A DNA stretch of 32,000 bases from Clostridia bacterium (GTDB lineage: Bacteria; Bacillota; Clostridia; TANB77; RGIG9151): the NCBI GenBank assembly GCA_017934955.1, contig JAGBIO010000006.1:67639-99638 (forward strand), given 5' to 3'. Positions 17,980-25,384 of the stretch are shown piece by piece; position 1 is the stretch's first letter; each line of letters opens with the position of its first letter. Under the pieces are notes generated by a model that saw only the letters and a program-made list of their open reading frames with translations, made no database searches and was not told the origin of the DNA. Made by a program: the position numbers and the translations under genes.

Positions 17980-20298
17980 GTGAAGAGGTTGTTGATGTGG
18001 TTAAAGAAGAAACTGAAAGATAATGAGTTGATGTGTAAGGTTTTTTACGCTGCGACGGCGTTGGTGCTGATTAATCGGGTTTTTACTTTTATTGTGATGA
18101 TGCTGATTGGGAATGATGCCGGATTTTATCGGATTAGTATGTGGTCTTCCTATGAGTATACGTTGGCTTTTTTGTTGCCGCTTGCGGGATTTGCTCATTT
18201 TTGTTCTTCTTCTTATGCAAAGAATCGGTTTAAAAAGGTGAAGATGTTTAGTGCAACGACGATGATGATTGCGACGTTGGCTGCTTTTATGCTAGCGGAG
18301 TGGTCAAATCAATTGATTTGGTATTTCCTTTCTTTTTGGGGTTCGGATGTTGTGACGAGAGTTTTTTATGATGGTTACGGTATCGTGAGTTCGGCAGTAC
18401 GTTACGGGACGGTTTATTTTCCGCTATTGATGTTGTTTATTACTTCGGGCTATTTGTTTGATGCGATTTATTGGCCGGATTCAAAAGGGCAATTGTTGAA
18501 TTTAACTTTATTGGATAATGCACCGAATGCAATGCCGGTTGGAGAATATACTTGTGAAGTGGCTGTTTGTAAAGATGCCTTGACGGGAAAGCCGGTTGTT
18601 GTGCCGGAGAATCGCCGTATGGAGGCTACTTTGATTCAAGGTGCTACGGGTACCGGTAAAACGTCTACCTTGCTTTTACCGATGTGTGCGTCGGATATTG
18701 AAAAGAAATTTTTCTTCCGTGAACAAGCGAAGAAAGCAGCGATTGAGGCGTTGGATAAAGGATATGCGTATATTGAGGCTCCATTTGCGTTGGAGGAATT
18801 GAATGATAGATTTTCTCTTTCGTATATTAAACCGGCGTTAAACAAGGAAGAGGAGTTTAATGAGATTGTCTCGAAGTTTGTGAAATATGTGGATCCGATG
18901 ACGGGAGAGACGGTTTATAAGGATTTGGGTGTTACGGTTGTGGAGCCGGATGGAAAGTTTTGCAGTGATTTTAAGAAGGTTGCGGCAAATTTTGGAATAG
19001 AAGTGAAATCGATTGATCCGCAGGATCCGAATTCTTATGGTATGAATCCGTTTCAGATTGAGGATCCGGATGAGGTGGCAAGTATTATTGCGACGGTTTT
19101 ACAGGGAATGTATGAAAGCGAAAATCCGGGTGGAAACAATATTTTCTTTGGTCAGGTAACGCAGCAGGCTTTGGAGAATTTGGCGATTTTGCTTAAGGTG
19201 ATGTATCCGAGAATGCATGACGGACAGTTGCCGACGTTGGAAGATATGTTGAAGATGTTGTACGATTACAATATTGTAGAGTTGATGTGTGAAGAGTTGA
19301 AGAAGGATCCGGAACTTGCGGAGGAATATAAAATTTTGGTGAAGTACTTTGAGAAGAACTTTTATAATCCGCCGTGCGACTTAAACGGTCGTCCGATTCA
19401 GGGGACGGTCGGTAGTGGCAGAAAGGATACCGAGAAGTTTTTATATGGTGCTGCGACACAGTTGGATAACCTGATGAGACATGATATGGTGAAGCAAATT
19501 TTGTGTTCGAGAGATAAGAATTTGGACTTTGATGAAGTATTGAGAACGGGACAATGTGTGTCGGTTTGTACGAGACGAGGAGAGTTAGGTGCACTTTTGT
19601 CAAAGCCGTTTGGGATGTTCTTTATTCTTTCGTTACAAGCGGCGGTGCTTCGCCGTCCGGGTACCGAGAATACGAGAATTCCGCACTTTTTGTATATTGA
19701 TGAGTTCCCGGATTTCGTGAATAAGGAGACCGAGACATGCTTTACATTATTCCGTAAGTACAGATGTGCGATGATTGTGGCAATTCAGAATTTGTCACAG
19801 TTGGCACGGACTGAGTCAATGAAGTTTTATAAGCAGGTTGTTGTGTCAAATACAAAGACGCAGTTGGTATTCGGAGATACAAACGTGGAGGATAGTGATT
19901 ATTGGTCAGATGTTTATGGAAGAAGAGAAGTTCTTAAGGTGGGGAATTCTTTAGCGACGACTCCGATGGCGCAGGTGAAGGAAGGTTCTGCCGGTGTTTC
20001 GGGAGAAGATTACGGCGCAAGAGTTGCTATGACCGAGAAAATAAAGCCGCATGCGTTAAATCAGCTTCCGTTTAAGACGTTGTATTATGTTGTGAGAGAT
20101 GCGAAGGGAAATAAGCGTCAGGGTAAGGGTAAGACGGATTTCTTGAAGCAGAAGTATAAGGAGAAGCATGAACCGGAGAAATTTGATTTTACACGGTATA
20201 GAGCTTATTTTAGAACTTCGTTGAATGAGGGATATTGGAACGATAGTATTTCCGCACAGGAAGCGGCGGAAAATCGCTTCTTGGAAGGACAGTATTAG
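17980..20298 (+). CDS. Membrane-anchored P-loop ATPase, type IV coupling protein-like, paralogue B
   Basis: Same architecture and motifs as paralogue A: GATGTGKTS at nt 18640-18666, HFLYIDEFPDF at nt 19693-19716, and IVAIQNLSQL. It starts 21 nt after A ends. ATG 17995, with a GAAGAGG RBS, is an alternative start. Confidence 0.8.
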   Translation: MKRLLMWLKKKLKDNELMCKVFYAATALVLINRVFTFIVMMLIGNDAGFYRISMWSSYEYTLAFLLPLAGFAHFCSSSYAKNRFKKVKMFSATTMMIATLAAFMLAEWSNQLIWYFLSFWGSDVVTRVFYDGYGIVSSAVRYGTVYFPLLMLFITSGYLFDAIYWPDSKGQLLNLTLLDNAPNAMPVGEYTCEVAVCKDALTGKPVVVPENRRMEATLIQGATGTGKTSTLLLPMCASDIEKKFFFREQAKKAAIEALDKGYAYIEAPFALEELNDRFSLSYIKPALNKEEEFNEIVSKFVKYVDPMTGETVYKDLGVTVVEPDGKFCSDFKKVAANFGIEVKSIDPQDPNSYGMNPFQIEDPDEVASIIATVLQGMYESENPGGNNIFFGQVTQQALENLAILLKVMYPRMHDGQLPTLEDMLKMLYDYNIVELMCEELKKDPELAEEYKILVKYFEKNFYNPPCDLNGRPIQGTVGSGRKDTEKFLYGAATQLDNLMRHDMVKQILCSRDKNLDFDEVLRTGQCVSVCTRRGELGALLSKPFGMFFILSLQAAVLRRPGTENTRIPHFLYIDEFPDFVNKETETCFTLFRKYRCAMIVAIQNLSQLARTESMKFYKQVVVSNTKTQLVFGDTNVEDSDYWSDVYGRREVLKVGNSLATTPMAQVKEGSAGVSGEDYGARVAMTEKIKPHALNQLPFKTLYYVVRDAKGNKRQGKGKTDFLKQKYKEKHEPEKFDFTRYRAYFRTSLNEGYWNDSISAQEAAENRFLEGQY

Positions 20299-20307
20299 TA
20301 AAGAGAG

Positions 20308-20330
20308 GGCGAGCAGAAATGCTCGCCTTT
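20308..20330. terminator. Bidirectional terminator between the T4CP-like pair and yunB
   Basis: GGCGAGCA (20308-20315), loop GAAA, TGCTCGCC (20320-20327), then TTT. It sits between convergent genes, and the T-tract overlaps the yunB stop codon. Confidence 0.65.
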
Positions 20331-20982
20331 ATGTATTATTTTCATTTACCGGAGTTTGCTTTCCAAATTCGAAATAGGTGGAGGGGACATTGCCGAGGAG
20401 AATCGTTTCGGAGATGGGAATTTCGATCTCGATATTTTGGATGTCGGAGGAAATATTGGAAAGCACATTTACTTCACATCTGACTTTGATATAAATTCTG
20501 TGACGAGTTTGGTTGATTCCGGCGGAAGTAAATTCCGTTCGATATTCTGTGCCTAAGGTGTTGAGCGGGATAATTTTAATGGGAATTTCCGGACCGATGC
20601 CGGAAAGAAAATTCATTCCTGCTAAACTTCCTAAAGGGACTTTTACATAGATATTTTCTAAGTTGGAAAGTTTTTGAATAATTTCGGTATTGATTTCATT
20701 ATTTAGTTTATTCATAACGACGACGTTTGCGTTTACTGCATTGATTTCTCCTTCGGTATTGTATTGGTATTGGATGAGGGAGTCATCTCCGATTTCCTTC
20801 ATTTGTTCGTAAATCGTCTGATTGATGATTTCAAAAATGTGCGCATACACTTTTTCTTTGCTTAAAACATAAAATAAAGGAGAAAATTTGAAGACAATAA
20901 AGTAGATAATAAGAAAAAAAGTAGCTAAAAGAGCAGATATTGCGATTAATTTTCGCTTTCTTTTCCTGTAATAGAGCGCCAT
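20329..20982 (-). CDS. yunB: Sporulation protein YunB
   Basis: N-terminal TM segment. The C-terminal pattern SAGINQTRHRIYIKVRCEVNVL...IPISETILLGNVPSTYF matches the YunB family. AAGGAAG RBS upstream. Confidence 0.75.
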   Translation of the reverse strand: MALYYRKRKRKLIAISALLATFFLIIYFIVFKFSPLFYVLSKEKVYAHIFEIINQTIYEQMKEIGDDSLIQYQYNTEGEINAVNANVVVMNKLNNEINTEIIQKLSNLENIYVKVPLGSLAGMNFLSGIGPEIPIKIIPLNTLGTEYRTEFTSAGINQTRHRIYIKVRCEVNVLSNISSDIQNIEIEIPISETILLGNVPSTYFEFGKQTPVNENNT

Positions 20983-21027
20983 TGAATCACTTCCTTAAAA
21001 AAATATGAAAAAAATTTAAAAACTATA

Positions 21028-21056
21028 TTGACATTTTATTCATAATCTTATATATT
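21028..21056 (+). promoter_or_regulatory. Sigma-A-type promoter candidate for the tRNA cluster
   Basis: TTGACA (21028-21033), a 17-nt spacer, then TATATT (21051-21056), 20 nt upstream of tRNA-Val. Confidence 0.55.
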
Positions 21057-21076
21057 ATTACTTGTCCGGTTCACAT

Positions 21077-21152
21077 GGGCGTATAGCTCAGCTGGTAGAG
21101 CATCTGCCTTACAAGCAGGCGGTCATAGGTTCGAGTCCTATTGCGCCCACCA
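21077..21152 (+). tRNA. tRNA-Val (anticodon TAC)
   Basis: The cloverleaf was folded by hand. Acceptor GGGCGTA/TGCGCCC, anticodon loop CTTACAA, T-loop TTCGAGT, encoded CCA. Confidence 0.9.
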
Positions 21153-21200
21153 TGTAAAAAAATTTAAGAAGTCATTTTTGACTTCTTAAATTTTGAATCT

Positions 21201-21277
21201 GGCCCGGTAGCTCAGTTGGTTAGAGCGCTAGCCTGTCACGCTAGAGGTCGAGGGTTCGAGCCCCTTCCGGGTCGCCA
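21201..21277 (+). tRNA. tRNA-Asp (anticodon GTC)
   Basis: Acceptor GGCCCGG/CCGGGTC, anticodon stem CTAGC/GCTAG, loop CTGTCAC, encoded CCA. Confidence 0.9.
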
Positions 21278-21285
21278 ATGAAATG

Positions 21286-21309
21286 GGCGGGTTTTAAGCC
21301 CGCTTTTTT
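21286..21309 (+). terminator. Short GC hairpin plus T6 between tRNA-Asp and tRNA-Phe
   Basis: GCGGG (21287-21291) pairs with CCCGC (21299-21303) and is followed by TTTTTT. Confidence 0.5.
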
Positions 21310-21346
21310 CAAAGTTAAATGCTCGATTGAGTAAATAACAGAATAT

Positions 21347-21422
21347 GCCTTGATAGCTCAGTCGGTAGAGCAGGGGACTGAAAATCCCCGTGTCGGTGGT
21401 TCGATTCCGCCTCAAGGCACCA
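21347..21422 (+). tRNA. tRNA-Phe (anticodon GAA)
   Basis: Acceptor GCCTTGA/TCAAGGC, anticodon stem GGGGA/TCCCC, loop CTGAAAA, encoded CCA. Confidence 0.9.
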
Positions 21423-21430
21423 TAAAATAC

Positions 21431-21505
21431 GCGGGAGTGGCTCAGTGGTAGAGCACTGCCTTGCCAAGGCAGCTGTCGCGGGTTCGAGTCCCGTCTTCCG
21501 CTCCA
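21431..21505 (+). tRNA. tRNA-Gly (anticodon GCC)
   Basis: Acceptor GCGGGAG/CTTCCGC, anticodon stem CTGCC/GGCAG, loop TTGCCAA, encoded CCA. Confidence 0.9.
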
Positions 21506-21513
21506 AAAAGATA

Positions 21514-21559
21514 AATCCGTACAACTCGCTTTTAAAGCAGATTGTACGGATTTTGTTTT
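21514..21559 (+). terminator. Stem-loop terminator after tRNA-Gly
   Basis: AATCCGTACAA (21514-21524) pairs with TTGTACGGATT (21542-21552) and is followed by TTGTTTT. Confidence 0.6.
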
Positions 21560-21614
21560 GCCTAAAGTATGCAACCAGTATGCTACGCCAAAAAAGTAGA
21601 GAGAAGTTGAAAAG

Positions 21615-21968
21615 CTAAATTGATAGGAGTAAGTTCTGTTCGTTTAAGTAATTAGAATATTTTTCGTCTTGAGTTTCTTCAAATTTTGCGAAGACACTTG
21701 TATAGGTATCAAGGGTTGTGTCGATTTTTCTATGTCCTAATTTTTTCTGAAGTATTTTTGCATTCATTCCAGCCTCAATGCATCTGGTTGCATATGTGTG
21801 TCTTAGCATGTGGAATTTGGCATCATCTGAAATTCCGTATCTTTTGCAAAGTCGTTTGAAATAAGAATTCGTTTCGTTTGGGGTAACAAATGTGTTATCT
21901 TCATAATCCCAAAATAAAAGATTATATTTATTTTGAGGAGAACGAACTAGTGCATTTCTTAATATTTT
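21615..21968 (-). pseudogene. Tyrosine recombinase/integrase, C-terminal fragment only (117 codons open)
   Basis: Translation: ...FHMLRHTYATRCIEAGMNAKILQKKLGHRKIDTTLDTYTSVF. This includes the HxxR box and the catalytic Tyr region. The N-terminal two-thirds is missing, and the open frame abuts the stop of the upstream gene. Confidence 0.8.
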
Positions 21969-22145
21969 TTAGAGAATTTCGAATTTGTCTACTTCAGGAA
22001 TTAAAGCAAGTGAACTGCCATTTTCCCATTTTACATGAATTTGTTTTGCATCATCGATAAATTCAACAGTCCCAGTTAATCCACTTAGCATTTGAGGTTC
22101 ATTATTCATATAAATGAGTTTTATTTTTGTATCTTTATCAATCAT
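21969..22145 (-). CDS. DUF4314 domain protein
   Basis: KIKLIYMNNEPQMLSGLTGTVEFIDDAKQIHVKWENGSSLALIPEVDKF matches the DUF4314 pattern common in Firmicute mobile elements. AAGGAG lies 8 nt upstream of ATG 22145. Confidence 0.75.
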   Translation of the reverse strand: MIDKDTKIKLIYMNNEPQMLSGLTGTVEFIDDAKQIHVKWENGSSLALIPEVDKFEIL

Positions 22146-22419
22146 ATGTATTTTCTCCTTTAGCAAATTTCATAATATTAAGTCCGTCTTTAACACCAAG
22201 CAAATAGGCTTTTTTAGTGAAAAAGGCATTTTCGGTAGAAAGTTTAAGAGAATATTTTTCAAAAGCATTCTCTAGAGTTTTGTTTCCTTCAAATAGTTCT
22301 TCTAAATTTGTATCTTCATACTATTCAGGATAAAGTTTTAATAATTCGGTTCTGTCTTGTTTGGTAATTTCGTGTAGTTCATCTTCTCTTGATTCGTAGA
22401 GCTTATTAATAATATCCAT
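22138..22419 (-). pseudogene. Small ORF (93 codons) interrupted by an in-frame TAG at codon 33
   Basis: ATG at 22419 follows GGAGATGATTAC. Translation: MDIINKLYESREDELHEITKQDRTELLKLYPE*YEDTNLEELFEG...KFAKGENTYD. The TAG is at 22323-22321. The 3' end overlaps the DUF4314 start by 8 nt. Confidence 0.45.
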
Positions 22420-22547
22420 GTAATCATCTCCTTTGTTGTGTTGTATGTTAGCTCTGAATGAAAAAAATAATCAAGTAGATATGTAGAAAAAAATATTTTT
22501 AAATGATAATATAAAAATAAGCTGAATAAGTGTGAGGAGGAATGAAA

Positions 22548-24191
22548 ATGAAGAAGTTTTTGATAGGAGCAATTACATTAGGAACATTGCTTTTAACTCC
22601 AGCTTTTGCAACGGAAGTGAAAGCTAATCTGCCTATATTTGATGTATCTTTTAATGGAATAGAGATTGAAAACCAAAATAGACAATATCCACTACTTGTT
22701 TATAAAGATATAACTTATGTACCAATGACATATTATGATTGTCGTTATCTTGGTTTAATATCTAATTGGGATAGTGAAACCAATACGCTGTCTATTCAAA
22801 AGGATAATATTACTTGTGCTTATCGTGATTATAACTGGAAGTTGGAGAATTCAAGTAAATATCAAGCAAGAGTTTGTGATTTTAATATAATAGTAAATGA
22901 TAAAGTGATTGATAACTCAAAAGAAGAATATCCATTACTTACTTTTAGAGATGTAACATACTTCCCCTTAACTTGGCGTTTTGCAGTAGATGAGTTTGGA
23001 TGGGAGTATAGTTTTGATAGAGAAAATGGTTTGATTATAAATTCTAATAATATCCATGCAAAAATAGTAGACCTACCATATTGTAGTGGTATGGTTGCCA
23101 CAGATGGAGTATATTATTATTACAATGGTAAATCTGGTGAAAAAAATGTAGTTTATAGAGCGTTGGTATCAGATACTTCTAATCCACAAATAATTCATGA
23201 AATCCCAAATTCAGATTTGAGTAAAACAGCAAGTTTACAAATGATTAATGGAGAAGTTTATATTAATTACTTATGTGGTTCTGGTCCAACGATGAGTACA
23301 GAATATTATTATAAAATAGAAGATGATGGAACTTTAACAAGACAGAATCCAAGTAATTATTCGGGTGGAAAGCATGGATATAGTGAAGTAACTAAAGAGG
23401 CTAATGGTATTTTTGTAAAGGGTACTAATTATTTTGATGGTGCAACTAAAATAACATATACGATGAATGGTGTTGAAATGGAAGTAGAAGCTATTTCTGG
23501 TACAGTACAAATTGGTAGAAAAAGAAATGGAAATAAAGATTATAGTTCTAATATAAAAGATGACTATATACAGATTTATAAAGGAAAAATATATTATACA
23601 GGAATAGATTTAAGTACAACCGAAGATAGTGCCTTATATTGTATTGATACTGCAACAGGTAAAACTGAAAAAATTATAGATAGTGTTTGGGGCTTCTATG
23701 TTTATAACGGATGGCTAAATGAAGAACAAGCTAATAGCACAATGATTATTTATGATTCTAATGGAAGTATAATGCGTTATGAAGAACTTACGGGTAATAC
23801 AAGAATGATAGAAGAATGTGATATTGAAGATGTTGTACTTGTAGGTGCAACAGGAGATAATTGTATTTACACTGTTCAAAAAACATTAAAAGGCGATAGA
23901 ACAATAGTGAAAGCTTTTGGAGACTATGCTAATGGTTATAGTAGTATAAATGGAGAAATAATAGGAGATACTCAAATAGGCACTTATGTAAGTTTAAGAG
24001 ATGATAAATTAATAATACAACTTAGTGGAGAACCACAAGAAGATACAAGACTTTTAATTATTGACGGAAATAATTATTTAGACAAACAATTCTGTTCAGC
24101 TGATGTAGCAAGTGGAGTATTTCTATACAATAATACACTTTTGTATATGATTGAGAATAATAAGATTGTAAGGGTTGATTTAGAATATTAA
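22548..24191 (+). CDS. Secreted protein: signal peptide, two stalk-like YPLL repeats, C-terminal beta-propeller-like region (DUF5050-like guess)
   Basis: Signal peptide MKKFLIGAITLGTLLLTPAFA. The repeats QYPLLVYKDITYVPMTYY and EYPLLTFRDVTYFPLTWRF resemble copper-amine-oxidase N-terminal/stalk modules. The remainder is Y/G/T-rich strand-like repeats. GAGGAGG lies 7 nt upstream of ATG 22548. Confidence 0.8.
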   Translation: MKKFLIGAITLGTLLLTPAFATEVKANLPIFDVSFNGIEIENQNRQYPLLVYKDITYVPMTYYDCRYLGLISNWDSETNTLSIQKDNITCAYRDYNWKLENSSKYQARVCDFNIIVNDKVIDNSKEEYPLLTFRDVTYFPLTWRFAVDEFGWEYSFDRENGLIINSNNIHAKIVDLPYCSGMVATDGVYYYYNGKSGEKNVVYRALVSDTSNPQIIHEIPNSDLSKTASLQMINGEVYINYLCGSGPTMSTEYYYKIEDDGTLTRQNPSNYSGGKHGYSEVTKEANGIFVKGTNYFDGATKITYTMNGVEMEVEAISGTVQIGRKRNGNKDYSSNIKDDYIQIYKGKIYYTGIDLSTTEDSALYCIDTATGKTEKIIDSVWGFYVYNGWLNEEQANSTMIIYDSNGSIMRYEELTGNTRMIEECDIEDVVLVGATGDNCIYTVQKTLKGDRTIVKAFGDYANGYSSINGEIIGDTQIGTYVSLRDDKLIIQLSGEPQEDTRLLIIDGNNYLDKQFCSADVASGVFLYNNTLLYMIENNKIVRVDLEY

Positions 24192-24199
24192 AAAATTAA

Positions 24200-24229
24200 G
24201 GGGATTGTTGAACACAATCTCTTTTTTTT
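24200..24229 (+). terminator. Rho-independent terminator
   Basis: GGGGATTGT, loop TGAAC, ACAATCTCT, followed by a T-run. Confidence 0.7.
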
Positions 24230-24586
24230 AATATTTGATAATAATTAAAATATCATTTTTTAGGGGATTTTTTCAAAGTAATGCAGTAAAGAATGCAACG
24301 GGAACGGATTTTTAAAGATGTTTAGTCAGACTTTGACAAAAATCATATTGCTAAAACTCGCATAAACAGGGCTAAAAGCTGACTAGTCGGTTCATAAGAG
24401 GAGCTAAATAGCGGTTCTAATTTAACACAAGGAACCAGCCCCGTTTGAATAAGTATGCAACAAGTATGCAGTACCAAAGATGTCAAGGAAACTTATTGAA
24501 AGCAGAGAAAAGTAGGTATTGCCAAATTATCGCACAAAATGGGCATAGCAAAGTGGAAAACAGTGGAGAAGGGGAGAGAAGTTGCC

Positions 24587-24599
24587 CTTCCGCTCCAAA
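24587..24599 (+). repeat. Direct repeat of the tRNA-Gly 3' end (att-like)
   Basis: CTTCCGCTCCAAA is identical to 21495-21507. As at the tRNA, a hairpin (24606-24650) follows, then TTGTTTTGGCAAAAGTATGCC; compare TTGTTTTGCCTAAAGTATGCA at 21553. Confidence 0.7.
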
Positions 24600-24779
24600 T
24601 GAATGAAATCGTGTGATTTGCTGAACAAGCGAGTTACACGATTTTTGTTTTGGCAAAAGTATGCCAAAAAGATGCTCGGTCGAACGAGTTGAGAGAAGCT
24701 GAAGCAGGTTTGAAAATTTTGATTATGTACGATTTAACTGTTGGAATTCTTTATATGGAATAGGAAAGCGTGGGAGTAA

Positions 24780-25301
24780 CAAATAGCACATGGATTTATT
24801 CCAGTAACTCAAGTACAGAAGAAGGCAAATGAGGATGAAATTCCGTTCTTTTGGTGGCAAGAGGAAGGTTGGCTTACAATGTGAAACGGAGATGTGGTTA
24901 ATCAACAAGATGTAGTAAAATGGTTTATTCAAATGCGAAGTATGGGATTTAGGATAAATAATGTGGCTTTCGATAAATACAAATCAAGAGAATTTGTGAA
25001 GTTTATGGAACAAGCGAAGTTTAAGGTGCAAAATTTAGACCAGCAATATTGGAAGAAGTCAGAGGCTTTTAGAGATATTGAAAGAAAGATAAAGGACAAG
25101 AAATTTTATTATTTGCATAATAAGGCTTTTGAATATTGCATAGGAAATGTAAAGGCGGTTGAGGATGCTGACGAGCGAGTAAGGTTCGAGAAGGTTGCAC
25201 CTAAAAAGAGGATGGATTTGTTTGATGCTACTGTTATTGCTTGCAAGCAATATATAAATGATAAGGATAAGAAGAATAGATTGTCAGGATGGTTTAATTA
25301 G
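24780..25301 (+). pseudogene. Phage terminase large subunit, C-terminal remnant with in-frame TGA
   Basis: The frame opens after TAA at 24777. Translation: HGFIPVTQVQKKANEDEIPFFWWQEEGWLTM*NGDVVNQQDVVKW...NKAFEYCIGNVKAVEDADERVRFEKVAPKKRMDLFDATVIA. This matches the terminase C-terminal nuclease region. The TGA is at 24882-24884. The N-terminal ATPase domain is absent. Confidence 0.7.
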
Positions 25302-25384
25302 GAATAGAAATTATAATATAGGTGACGTAATTGAATTGTTCTTATATAATAATTTTATAATTATAGCTTTTGAAAGGAGCCAGT

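Noticed and set aside
11796-20298. topB plus the two coupling-protein-like genes as a remnant conjugative element
   Set aside because: - truB and dgkA lie between them.
- No relaxase, VirB4, integrase or att repeat bounds the segment, and composition matches the core.
- It is kept as an open alternative in the main finding rather than called as an ICE.
21236-21574. 112-aa and 69-aa minus-strand ORFs from the ORF track
   Set aside because: They run antisense through the tRNA-Asp, tRNA-Phe and tRNA-Gly genes, so they are spurious.
24230-24586. About 350 nt of non-coding DNA with a GGTTC..GAACC hairpin and a GTCAGACT match to the MITE TIR; considered as an ncRNA or tRNA fragment
   Set aside because: - No cloverleaf or known ncRNA signature could be folded.
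- The TIR match is only 8 nt.
- It is best explained as junction debris between serial integrations.
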